From contig JAXLNO010002632.1 in NCBI GenBank assembly GCA_038087875.1, positions 186,001 through 250,000 of the forward strand: DNA of 64,000 bases, in the 5' to 3' direction. This DNA comes from Malacoraja senta. Its lineage: Eukaryota. Below the pieces are notes generated by a model. That model saw only the letters and a program-made list of their open reading frames with translations, searched no databases and was not told the origin of the DNA. This document shows positions 1 to 12,000 of this stretch, piece by piece (the stretch's first letter is position 1; each line of letters starts with the position of its first letter). Both the position numbers and the translations under genes were made by a program.

Positions 1-666
1 AGCTCATCCACTCAAGTTACAAATCAAGTGGGAGAATTCACCTATTTAGAATCACGTCAGATTTATGTTTTCTTGGGGATTTTGATAACTGCATTAGAAA
101 AACAACTAATTAAGTGGAAAGCCACCTTACTCTGAGACATATTTACTCTGGCCTCAGAATGAACTGTTTTGACTGGAACATTTACTGCCAACTCTTTCTT
201 GGTCTTGCATACCCTAACATTGAATATCGGCAAACCCTACTTAACGCGTTTAGGTATTGCTTTGGTCTTCAATAGTACACACGAATGCAGGGTAGCAGAC
301 TTTCTTTCTGACCCTTAATATTTCCTGCCACATAGAGTAGGCTTTGAGTTCTTCAATGCCCCTCCTACACCATAACTGGTACTGAAATTTAATTGTACAG
401 AAAATATTCCCTAAATTATCATTAGTTAATCATCAGCAACCTATCGGAGTGAAATCATGTAATGTATTTCACCACTAGTACCTCAATTTCTGAAATATAT
501 AAACATATACCTATCCCACAAAATTAGGTTGTTTTTATACCAACATTGTACTTGTATTGAATGTCAAAGAGCATAGAACACGATTATCTATGCCACAATC
601 ATTACTAATGGAACCACTTCATATCTCTACAATTGGGCCTAGAGCAAAATTAATAATTTCTCTTAC

Positions 667-753
667 CTTCAGACTCATAATGACAGTTCTGTTTGATGCA
701 GTCCAATAAAATTTGGGTCTTGCAGTATGGATTGAAGAGAGCATGTTCATTAT
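667..753 (-). CDS. CXorf65/C22orf15-family small protein, second coding exon (DNEHALFNPYCKTQILLDCIKQNCHYESE); gene continues past the left edge
   Basis: atgcag acceptor, gtaaga donor, phase 1>1; joined peptide MFITVLYGDNEHALFNPYCKTQILLDCIK fits the family pattern (Pfam Il2rg-like). Confidence 0.8.
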
Positions 754-3226
754 CTGCATTGTACATAAACATGATTACAAAGTTAATATCACAAACATTC
801 TGACCGTTCCTACCTCCCACCAAAAGAGTATTGTGACTTAGAACCAAAGAATACAATGATCCAAAATGTCCTGGACCCAACCTACCATTTGGTATCACTG
901 CCTATGGTCCCCACCTACACTTTTCCTCAAGGCAAAGACCTACCTAAACAAGTTGACACCAACGCCCGACAAGTATCTTGCGAGGTGGAACAGGCTCTAA
1001 GTAGGCTTTGTGTGTCATAACTGCACTCCCCCAGAAAGCCCCTGACAGCTCACTGGTCATCGAAAATGGTTTAACAAAGATATTTATAAAACCTATTCAA
1101 ACAACTTGAATAACTGAGAAAATAAAGTTAATGAGTACAAATTATTAGGATAGGTCAAATACAAACAAAAAATGTGAATTCAATAAAATAATGTACATAA
1201 ATCATTTACTTCCATCCACAGCATTGTGAGCTTAGTCAAATGAATGAGGTCTCTGTTCATGATCGTTGTTGTGTGGCTGTGGACTGGATGTAAAGTGCAT
1301 CTGGTTCCGCTTGTCAGCAAGTCACTGCTAGGGAATGGTGCAATTCATCAGGAAACGTGTTGGATTGTGAATGTCCAAGATGTGGTGAGTCATGAATAGC
1401 TGATATCCAGCAACCCCCTTTTGAATGCTATAATTGAGCCTGGTTCAGTTCATTTTCTAAAGTGGAACTTTATCTGATTATTACAAAGTTGCATTACATT
1501 TTGGAGTTACACAAAAAAACCCATTTATGAGATGTGGCTATAATGAGTAAAACCTGCATTTCATAGAATCATGGAAACAGAAACAGGCCCCTTCTTGTCC
1601 ATACAAATATGACAACAATCGATGTTGATCCCATTTGCCTGCATTATGGCTTTTCTATCCAAGTACTGGCTTAAATGCCTCCATTACTTCCTCTGCTAGC
1701 TTGCGCTGCATATTCAGCCTCTATGAAAAACCCTTTCCCTCCGATCTCATTTATTACCCATCCTTGTGTCACGCTGGTTTATAGTTCTTCAAGGGCTTTG
1801 CTTAACAGATAATCACAACTTTCATGCCTGGGCAAGATATTTGATCAATGCTTTCTGTTCAGCTACTGTAAGTCCTGATATCCGTCTGAGCATGGAATTC
1901 AAAGATTAGCATTCTGCACTGGAATTGCTCTCACTATAAGTGAGAAAGTAGCCATTTGTGAACGACCTAGCCCTTATACTGACATGATAATTCAGCACAC
2001 GATCTAGGTATTGCATCAACGAAGGAAGGCTAACAAAGGAAATGGGAAAGGCTATTCTGTTATTTGAGCCCAATCTTGATTGATGTGTACTCATTTACCT
2101 GCCTTGATTCCATATCCTTTTACTATAATCACCTAAACAGAGTCAATCACTGTAGTTTAGAACATGCAATTGTCCCACTTTCACACGGCTTGAACCATTT
2201 TTGAGGAGACAGTTCTACGATCCCAGTGTAATTTGCCTCTGGATATTATCCCTCAACCCCACAATCTTCACACTGCCCATCCACAACTTCTCCATCCTCC
2301 ATGCTTCACCCACCTCAGAGCTCCTAACTGAGACACACACTCTTAGTACTGGCTATCTCCCCTCTGCCCTGATGCAGGGTGTTGAGTTGGCACACGACCA
2401 TTCATTTCCATCCAGAGCTGCTGAGATCCTCCAGCAAATTGTTGGTTGCTCCAGATTCAAGCATCTGCGGTTTCTGGTATCTCCATCGAGCCACACACCC
2501 CGTTTCTTCCCAAGGTCGTACTCAGCCAGTCCACTTGCCTCAGTTTTCTAAGCATGCCAGAAAAACCTCAGCAGAGTCTGGATCATTGCCAACAAAGTCC
2601 AGGTCTCTCCATTAAAGGCCAATCACCTTCTGACCTGTAAAGGTGCAGTTAAAAAAAAAAAATAGCCCAACATATCCAAAGGGAAATGCAGGTGAGTGGA
2701 ACATTTCCTGTTCCTTTTCAATCCTTTTGTATTAATACAGAAATGTTGCACCTTCCCCATGGTGTCCTGGGGCTTCATGTGCACTAAATTGAAACTTTAA
2801 AGTTAGCAGTTGCAATTAGCAGTGTCGTTATCTGAAGAGAAAAGGTGCCCCAATTTTACTTTCAATTGATAACATTGGGACCAACAAATCACATTTATAA
2901 AAATTAATAAAGCACAATATATGGCTGAAAAACATAATCCAAACAATGATGTAGACTGTCAATATTATGTTTCTTTTACTGATATGAATGAATATGCCAA
3001 CAATTGTTTTAACCATGTTATTGTAGACTTTCCTTCCCTGCTCCTTCCTCAACCTACATTGCAGAATACAGTCAGAAATAATTTGAAGAGACATTTAAAT
3101 CTACTTTATTGATCTATTATAGTTAACTGTTACCATATGCAGCTAGAGTATTATATGTTTAATGCTAAAGATACTGTCACAAAATGAGGCAATTATTTTG
3201 ACTGTTATAAAAGTTCTTACACTTAC

Positions 3227-3251
3227 CTCCATATAACACTGTAATAAACAT
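3227..3251 (-). CDS. CXorf65/C22orf15-family small protein, first coding exon (MFITVLYG)
   Basis: gtaccATG context, gtaagt donor; upstream acceptor at 3267-3269 implies a non-coding first exon; MF(I)xxxxG is the family N-terminus as I recall it. Confidence 0.8.
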
Positions 3252-5391
3252 GGTACTTTGGTATCACTGCAGAAACATTCTAACAAGATTTTGAAACTTT
3301 GCAAGAGCACCTGATGATGAATGTGGTGTTCGTGCAGCTCCAAACAGCAGTGCAAGACTGGGCATGTTGCAGTGTGCTCCTAACATACACCAAAAATGAA
3401 TAATTCAGCAGAGGCAAAACATACTCAATGAGCAAGTCAGATTAAATATGGTATTCTATTACCTATTACCAAGCAATGGTTCTAATATTTACTGTAAGCT
3501 TTTTGAAATTAATGTGGAATGCAAAACATCATTGTAGAGTAGCATTAGTGTGTCAACATAATCTTCAGTGCCTTTGTTGTGTTTTATTATGTTGAAAGCC
3601 TTTTAACTAGAATGAAATGAAGGAACATTCTGTTCCGTTCCTTGGATCAGACAGAACTTGAATTTATTTCACATACAGAATAAAAGTGATTTAATACCCA
3701 CTTTTCCTTGTATTTTCTTGACATACCCCGCCTTAGTTCTGTGTTACTACCACTATTCCAACAGATTATGTCTTCAAATCACAGTCCAGGACTTGAGCTG
3801 ACCTTTTGGTGTAGTACGAAGGGAGTGCTGTGTTGCTGGATCCGTTAAACTTGACATATTTTGGGATAAGGGTATAATGGAAACTACGCAGCTCTTGTGT
3901 CAACAACTGAAGGAACACAAGCACATATTTTCAGAAGACTAAAGCAAAAAAGATCAATATCCTTTTCTTAATAAATTATTAGAAAATTGATGCCTTGCAT
4001 CTGGAATATATGATATATAACCACAAGTAGATGTACCTGAAAGAGGCAACCAGTCCAAAACTGGCTCTCTTTATTGTCAAACTATCAACAGTCTATGCTG
4101 CAACAGGAAATCAAGCAAATCTTACACGAGAAGCAACCTTTCCAAATTATTATAGTAAGCTTTGACAAATCCTCAAGTTGATACTATTCGCAGTTGAAAT
4201 GTATTACATATCAAATAAATTTAGATTACTTAGACTGATATTGTAGCTGCTGAGATATTTTAATGCACAAGCACATTTACCAGGATTTATTTCAGTGAGC
4301 TTTACTATATTTTCATACACATTTTGTCATAGGGATATGGCGCCCACATTAAAACCCAACAGACCAATAAGTATGGAAAAGATTTCAAGCAGAATCCAAA
4401 CTCTTCACAAAGATCACATTGGTATGCAATTACACACAGCATTTGGACAGACAAACTGATTTGTAACACAACAGCAGAATCCAAACCATTTATTTTTGCA
4501 AGTCATGGTTCAATCCACTCACCACATGTTGTCGGAGACCATCTGAAATATCTGTCCCGTGTGCAGCATGACAGCATAAGCCAATGTCAATAATCTAAAA
4601 AGGACATGGTTAGAAGAGAAAACTGAAGGTGTGCTTGAAATTTGGAAGTGGGTGATTTGGGGGTAGAACTCATGAGTGTAAAGTTTTGATGGCGGAACAA
4701 ACAATGTTGCCAATGGTGGGACTATTGCAAGGTGCACACTCTATAAAGGGTAGAGAATGGAAACAGGGACACTGCAGAACAAGGAGAATAATACTGTAGG
4801 GAAGATTGTGAAAGAGGGTGGGTGTTTCAATTGTAAATGTTGTAAGTTTGGTCTTGGTTCACTGCTGTGGCAATTCAAAATTGAGCTTTGATATCCAAGA
4901 GAAAGAAAAATGATACCATTCTACATACCATTCTTGCACCATGTAAGTTAACGTTTATGTGAATCAGACAGAGAAACATGGTTTGTTTACATGGCTGTGG
5001 TAGCTGGACAATTGTTTTAAGGGTATAAAACATGCAAATAAAAGGCAACATTAATCCTTAAATAAATTATCAACAAGTAAAAAGGGAAATACACCACATT
5101 GGAATTAAACTTCAAATTACATTGAAATCTGAATCTCAAGAGGCCAGTGAAAGAGTTAACAACCACAGCAAAAACAGAAGCTTTATAAACACATAATATT
5201 GGGGATGCAAATTAAACACAAGTTACTCTGTTTTTTCTGACATAAAACTAAGATGTAAATACTATATGATGACTGAATGGATTAGTTACTCTGGTCTTTG
5301 AATAGATGTAACTTTACATCTCTGAATCAAAGTGACTTGGATAGAAATGATAAAGCCTCTGCTACTTGGCCTTTAATTTATCAATGTTAAA

Positions 5392-5397
5392 TTTATT
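5392..5397 (-). promoter_or_regulatory. Candidate polyadenylation signal AATAAA for the Cys-rich gene
   Basis: First minus-strand AATAAA I found after the stop, about 500 nt downstream. Confidence 0.4.
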
Positions 5398-5441
5398 AAG
5401 GGGTTAAACTCCCAAAGAAAAAGGCTACCTCCAAAAGTGGC

Positions 5442-5509
5442 TTAATTTAGTACGTCAAAGTATAAGTTAATTAGAGATAATTAACTTATACTTTGACTTA
5501 TTAAATTAA
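5442..5509. repeat. Near-perfect 32-bp hairpin with 4-nt loop
   Basis: gtcaaagtataagttaatta-gaga-taattaacttatactttgac core with 20 perfect pairs. Confidence 0.95.
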
Positions 5510-5889
5510 TGTTGAACTTAAGTTCATATTATCACTCTTCCTTTAACAAGAGCATGTGCCCATAGACTTTTTCTCTCAATTTGGGGGCACGTATAACAAT
5601 GAGAAATATGGAAAATTGATGGATCATATTAAACAGTGCAAATAGCATGGTGCACTCTGAATTGCATTAGGCTTGCAAAATTAATAAAAGACTTAAACAC
5701 TCCTGTTCTCCAATTTCTGGCTTCACTAATTAGCAGGGGCAGGTTGTCACCAGGTTGATAATTTAGTTTGGAGAGATGTAGGGTCAAGAGGTTTTCTGGC
5801 CATAAATTGAGGGATTGAGCACTTTTTGTCTTTCTAAGCTTTATATTACATGGTTTACACATCAACCTCCATTGACCATTGGTTGGTTC

Positions 5890-6072
5890 TCATTGCTGAG
5901 TTGGTTCCAGTGTTGTGTACAGATCTGCCAATTCAGGCTCCACTTCTGATAGCCTGTTCATTACACAACGTCTTTGCAGCTGTAAGACTGACACTTTATA
6001 TCGGGCTTCTGAGAGATTTCCCAGCAACTTGTTGAATTCTTCTGGTGGCTTCTCGGAACCAATAACGCGCTC
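5890..6072 (-). CDS. Cys-rich gene terminal coding exon a34 (ERVIGSEK...LEPTQQ*)
   Basis: tttcag acceptor, open to TGA at 5890-5892; helical E/L/Q/R-rich composition. Confidence 0.82.
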   Translation of the reverse strand, partial: ERVIGSEKPPEEFNKLLGNLSEARYKVSVLQLQRRCVMNRLSEVEPELADLYTTLEPTQQ

Positions 6073-9000
6073 CTGAAACATGAAGAGTTTGTGAAATAGT
6101 CATGATCAACATATATTTTACAAGAATATTAGTCATATTATTTACAGAAACTGTACAATCCATGTCAGAAGACAATAACATTTCTAGACTGGACAGGAAA
6201 ACTTTCAAGCTGGCCAATGCTAATCAGGCAGGGCAATGAGTCTGTAAGGTGATGGTAAATGAATCCCCAATTTCCACCTTGGGACTCTTTACCCAGTAAT
6301 TGGTTGCACGAATTGTAGTGTGGCAGGGCCCCATAGTTTGTCATTCACACTGAGTCCATCTCCAGTGACCGCCTCATCCACAACCATCCCCTTAAACCGT
6401 GATGTTTTTGGTCACCTGCACCACTATCACCTTTTGCCTGATGCCTTTTTTTCTTTTAATAATGTATTCATTAAAGCATCTAGAATATAACTAACTACTA
6501 CGAAGGAGCTGCTCTTAATAATTACAATTACTTCTATTACAATTATTTTGTTGTTTTGAGTTTCATTGTAACTCATTAAAAGAGATGAGATTTCTATTTT
6601 AAATGGACACTAGCATTGTACAAAGAATTACTAATATAAAGCATGAGCAGGATGTTTTGTAAAATCATTAATTTATTGTATGTATTTGATAACTGTGACT
6701 TGGACCCTAGTGTCAGCGAATAGACGTCATTAAGTGAAACTACACATAAGTAATTAAAGATGTTTTACTCAGTTTTCAGCTTCCTGGTCTATTGTGGATC
6801 CTGGGTCACTTTTAACGTACACAAGTGCTCCATGAAGAGTGCATAAAATTAAAGTGGTATTCTTCATAGAACCAAGCACAAGCAAATAAGTGTGTGTGCC
6901 TGTCTGTGTCTTTACCTTTATAAAGTTGTCCTGAATCCTTAGTTCTTGTTCTAAACATTCAATCTGTTGGTTGTACTCTGCAATCTTTGTTGTGCATAGA
7001 GAATATTCTTCATTCATTTTATCCACTTCATTCTCCAATTTCAGAATTCTGATCTGCAATAAATACGTGGGTGTCTGTCATTAAATTGACTCATTACTCA
7101 ATATGCCACAACTTGCTGTTTGAGACTGTACTTTGCAGTGCAAGGCACTGAAGAGAATCCAAAGCAAATAGACGTTCATCCCACTCCTTGTAAAGTTAGA
7201 GTTTTACAATGATGCATTATTCTTAACCGGACATGACTCATTTATAATTTTCTGATTTCCACATTCCATTGAATATATTGGAAATTCTGTTTCATGGGGA
7301 AGTTGGATTTCCTGTCTTGTGGGTAATGATTGGGTAATGATTTTGACTGACTGTGATTTAAAAGAATAATTTCCACATGTTGCAAGGATGGTGAATCATG
7401 CTGATAAACAATCCAACGGTGCCAACAGCTGTCTGACACATTGCCAAGGTGGCAGCTTTCCGAGCAAGCTCACTTAGTTCCCTCTCCTTTAGGCAAGATG
7501 CCAGCAGTAAACAGCAATCCCGCTGGAGAACCCAATACTCTTCTGCAGTCATCTTACAACTGAATCAATTTTTTATGTGAGTAACAAATATTTATATGAG
7601 TTAATCAGTAGAATTCTCTGCCTTTGCAATTTTTGATCCTGATTTTATAAAAACAAGACGATGCATCTCTAAATTGCAACGTGTATCTGTGTGAAACAAA
7701 GTGAGTGGAGAGATTCTGACTACAAATGAGAGACCAGGGACAGGAGTAGAAAGACGCTGTTTATTTTAATTTTGTCATCATTGCTTTGAGCTTGGTAGTA
7801 GTATCAATTTAAAATGAATAGATCTTCAACATTTGGGAATCTTTAGTATATATGCTCATCAATGTGATGGCAGTTATACAACCTTTCCAGAATACTTCAA
7901 AATGAATACTATTATGAAACGTGATGATGTATGCAACTCCAGTGTGTCAACTCTACTAAACGATAGCAAACATCATGCAACATTTTCAATCTATTTTCTC
8001 AATTCATTACTAATTTGTTATCTGCAAATTCTCAACAGTAGTAGTTTTGAGAGAGTTAATTATTTCAGCATAAACTGACACATTTGAAGATATGTCCATG
8101 TAAACTTGATCAATGCTCTGCTGTTAAACAATCTCCATTGTTAGTTGATCTCTTTAAAACAAGCAGAAAACATCTTTTGTCAATTGTTTACAATCTCCAT
8201 CTGTGTACAGAGTACCTGTGTGTTAGATTCCATAGAGTCTTTATCTTTATCAGGAGATTCCACTGAAAGAAAATCAAATGTTTGAGATTAATGATAGGTG
8301 TTAGCATTTTACTTCAAATTGCATTGTCAAATTCTCTCAGCAGAGCACCACCAATTAAAATATATGTGGCACATGAATGTTTGTTTAGTTTAGAGATAGT
8401 GCGGAAACAGGCCCTTCACCCCACCCAATCCACACTGACCAGCGATCCCTGTACACTAACACTATCCTATGCACTCTAGGGACAATTGACCATTTTACCA
8501 AAACCAATTAACCCTACAAACCTATCATCTTTGCAGGAATAACAAAAAACTTGATTAGTACGGATGCCAGGTGTTATGCGGAAAAGGCAGGAGAATTTGG
8601 TTAGGAGGGAGAGATAGATCAGCCATGATTGAATGGCAGTGTAGACTTGATGGGCCAAATGGCCGAATTCTACTCCTATCATTTATGACCTTAAGACATA
8701 CAAACTCCGTACAGACAGCTCCTGTAGTCAGGATTGAACCAGGGTCTCTTGCAATGTAAGGCAGTAACTCTACCGCTGCGCCACCCTGTTCGTTGGTATT
8801 TTAAGAATGAACTATATGACCTCTAGCTCTCTTCTTTATGTATTGCAACAGTAATTTGGATTGAACATTTTGAAGCTTATCTACTTCAGGGGGGAAGTTG
8901 CAGACTGTGTGATAGTAAGCACATGGTAGAGAAACCCCAGATTAATTGGGTTATACAGCAAAGAAGCAGGCCCATTGTCCCACGAGTCTAAACGAATTAG

Positions 9001-12000
9001 GATGTCTTTCTAAATTAATCCCATTTGTCTGGTTTGGCCCATATCCCTCAAAGGCTTTCCTATCCATGTAGCTGTTGATATTTTTTCAAAAAAATTGTAA
9101 TTTTACCTGCCTCTACCGTTCTTCTCTGGCAGCTCATTCAAGAGACCCACCACTCTCTCTGAAAATCATGTCCATCACATCCCCTTTAAAAATTTCCTTC
9201 TCGCCTTAAGCATATGCCCTCTATTTTAGGCCTTTCTACCTGGTAAAAAGACGTGAATGTCTATTCTATCTATGTTTTATACTATTATAATTATGTAAGC
9301 CTCAATATGAACACCTCTTGGCTGTCTTTTTGTTGGCTACGTTGAAATCCTTGTTCCAAAGTACCCTGCCACCATTCCTCAACTCTTTCTTGGCTACATC
9401 AATAGCTACATGGATAGGAAAGCCTTAGAGGGATATGGGCCAAACCAGACAAACGGGATTAATTTTGAAAGACATCCGAAAAGGTTGGGGCTACCTCCTG
9501 CATCTGGGCAGAGTTAGTTAGTTAGTTTAGTTTGTTGTCATGTGTACAGAGGTACAGTGAAAAGCTTTTGTTATGTGCTAACCAGTCAGCAGAACGACAA
9601 TACATGATTACAATTGAGCTATTGCAGTGTACAGATACATGATAAAGGGAATAACGTTTAGTGCAAGATAAAGCCAGCAAAGTCCGATCAAAGGTAGTCC
9701 GAGGGTCTCCAATGAGATAGGTAGTAGTTCAGGACTGCTCTCTAGTTGTGGTGGGATGGTTAATTTGCCTGAACTTGTGGAATTCATCAGCTTCACCTCC
9801 TGCCCTCAAATTCACTTCTCTCCCTTTTCTTGGTCTCCCAATCGCCGGAAACACCTTTTACAAACCCACTGAGTCCCACAGCTGCTCTCACCATCTCTTG
9901 CAAGGATGCCATCTCTTTCTCACAGTTTGTGTCTCTGCTGTAACAGCACTCAAGATGAGGTTTTCCACCCCAGACCATCGGAGAGCGGAGATTGGAGATG
10001 CCCTCTTTCTTCAAGATACGTGATCTTCCCCAACCCCTCTGCAGTAATGAATGAAGCTCCCACTCATGTCTCCACTGTTTCTCACAGTTCTGCTCTTGCC
10101 ATATCTCCCCCGAAACAGAGCAGCGATAGACTTCTCCTGGTCCTTACCATATAACCATATAACCATATAACCATATAACCATAACAGCACGGAAACAGGC
10201 CATCTCGGCCCTTCAAGTCCGTGCCGAACATTTAAATTTTTTTTTTTTTTTTAATTAAAAATAAATACTTCCCCCTAGTCCCATCTACCTGCACTCAGAC
10301 CATAACCCTCCATTCCTTTCCCGTCCATATACCCATCCAATCTATTTTTAAAGGATAACATCGAACCTGCCTCCACCACTTCCACTGGAAGCTCATTCCA
10401 CACAGCTACCACTCTCTGAGTAAAGAAGTTCCCCCTAATGTTCCCCCTAAACTTCTGTCCCTTAATTCTCAAGTCATGTCCCCTTGTTTGAATCTTCCCT
10501 ACTCTCAATGGGAAAAGCTTATCCACGTCCACTCTGTCTAACCCGCTCATAATTTTAAAGACCTCTATCAAGTCCCCTCTTAACCTTCTGCGCTCCAAAG
10601 AATAAAGACCTAACTTGTTCAACCTTTCTCTGTAACTTAGTTGCTGAAACCCAGGCAACATTCTAGTAAATCTCCTCTGTACTCTCTCTATTTTGTTGAC
10701 ATCCTTCCTATAATTAGGCGACCAAAATTGTACTCCATACTCCAGAATTGGCCTCACCAATGCCTTGTACAATTTTAACATTACATCCCAACTTCTATAT
10801 TCAAAGCTCTGATTTATAAAGGCCAGCACACCAAAAGCTTTCTTTACCACCCTATCTACATGAGATTCCACCTTCAGGGAACTATGCACAGTTATTCCTA
10901 GATCCCTCTGTTCAACTGCATTCCTCAATTCGCTACCATTTACCGTGTACGTACTATTTTGATTTGTCCTGCCGAGATGTAGCACCTCACATTTGTCAGC
11001 ATTAAACTCCATCTGCCATCTTTCAGCCCACTCTTCCAAATGGCCTAAATCTCTCTGTAGACTTTGAAAATCTACTTCATTATCCACAACACCACCTATC
11101 TTAGTATCATCTGCATACTTACTAATCCAATTTTCCACACCTTCATCCAGATCATTGATGTACATGACAAACAACAGTGGACCCAACACAGACCCCTGAG
11201 GCACCCCACTAGTCACCGGCCTCCAACCTGACAAACAGCCATCCACCATTACTCTCTGGCATCTCCCATTCAACCACTGTTGAATCCATCTTGCTACTCC
11301 ACCATTAATACCCAACAATTGAATCTTCTTAGCCAACCTTCCATGAGGAACCTTGTCAAAGGCCTTACTGAAGTCCATATAGACAACATCCACTGCTTTA
11401 CCCTCATCAATTTCCCTAGTAACCTCTTCGAAAAATTCAAGAAGATTAGTCAAGCATGACCTTCCAGGCACAAATCCATGTTGACTGTTCCTAATCAGAC
11501 CCTGCTTATCCAGATGCTTATATATATATTATCTTTAAGTATCCTTTCCATTAATTTGCCCACCACTGACGTCAAACTAACAGGTCTATAATTGCTAGGT
11601 TTACTCTTCGAACCCGTTTTAAACAACGGAACAACATGCGCAGTACGCCAATCCTCCGGCACTATTCCCGTTTCTAATGACATTTGAAATATTTCTGTCA
11701 TAGCCCCTGCTATTTCTACACTAACTTCCCTCAATGTCCTAGGGAATATCCTGTCAGGACCTGGAGACTTATCAGTTTTCATATTTTTCAAAAGTGTCCG
11801 CACCTCCTCTTCTTTGAATCTCACAGTTTCCATTGCTACTCTGCTCGTTTCCCTTACCTCACATAATTCCATATCCTTCTCCTTCGTGAATACCGAAGAA
11901 AAGAAATTGTTCAATATCTCCCCCATCTCTTTTGGCTCTGCAGATAGCTGTCCACTCTGACTCTATAATGGACCGATTTTATTCCTTGTTATCCTTTTGC

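Noticed and set aside
131-324. Third exon of the CXorf65-like gene ending at the gtaagg donor near 130
   Set aside because: The candidate acceptors tried lead to in-frame stops; the next exon probably lies left of the window.
7358-7552. [13 protein letters not shown]... as an extra exon
   Set aside because: No phase-compatible acceptor/donor pair found; a32 joins a33 without it.
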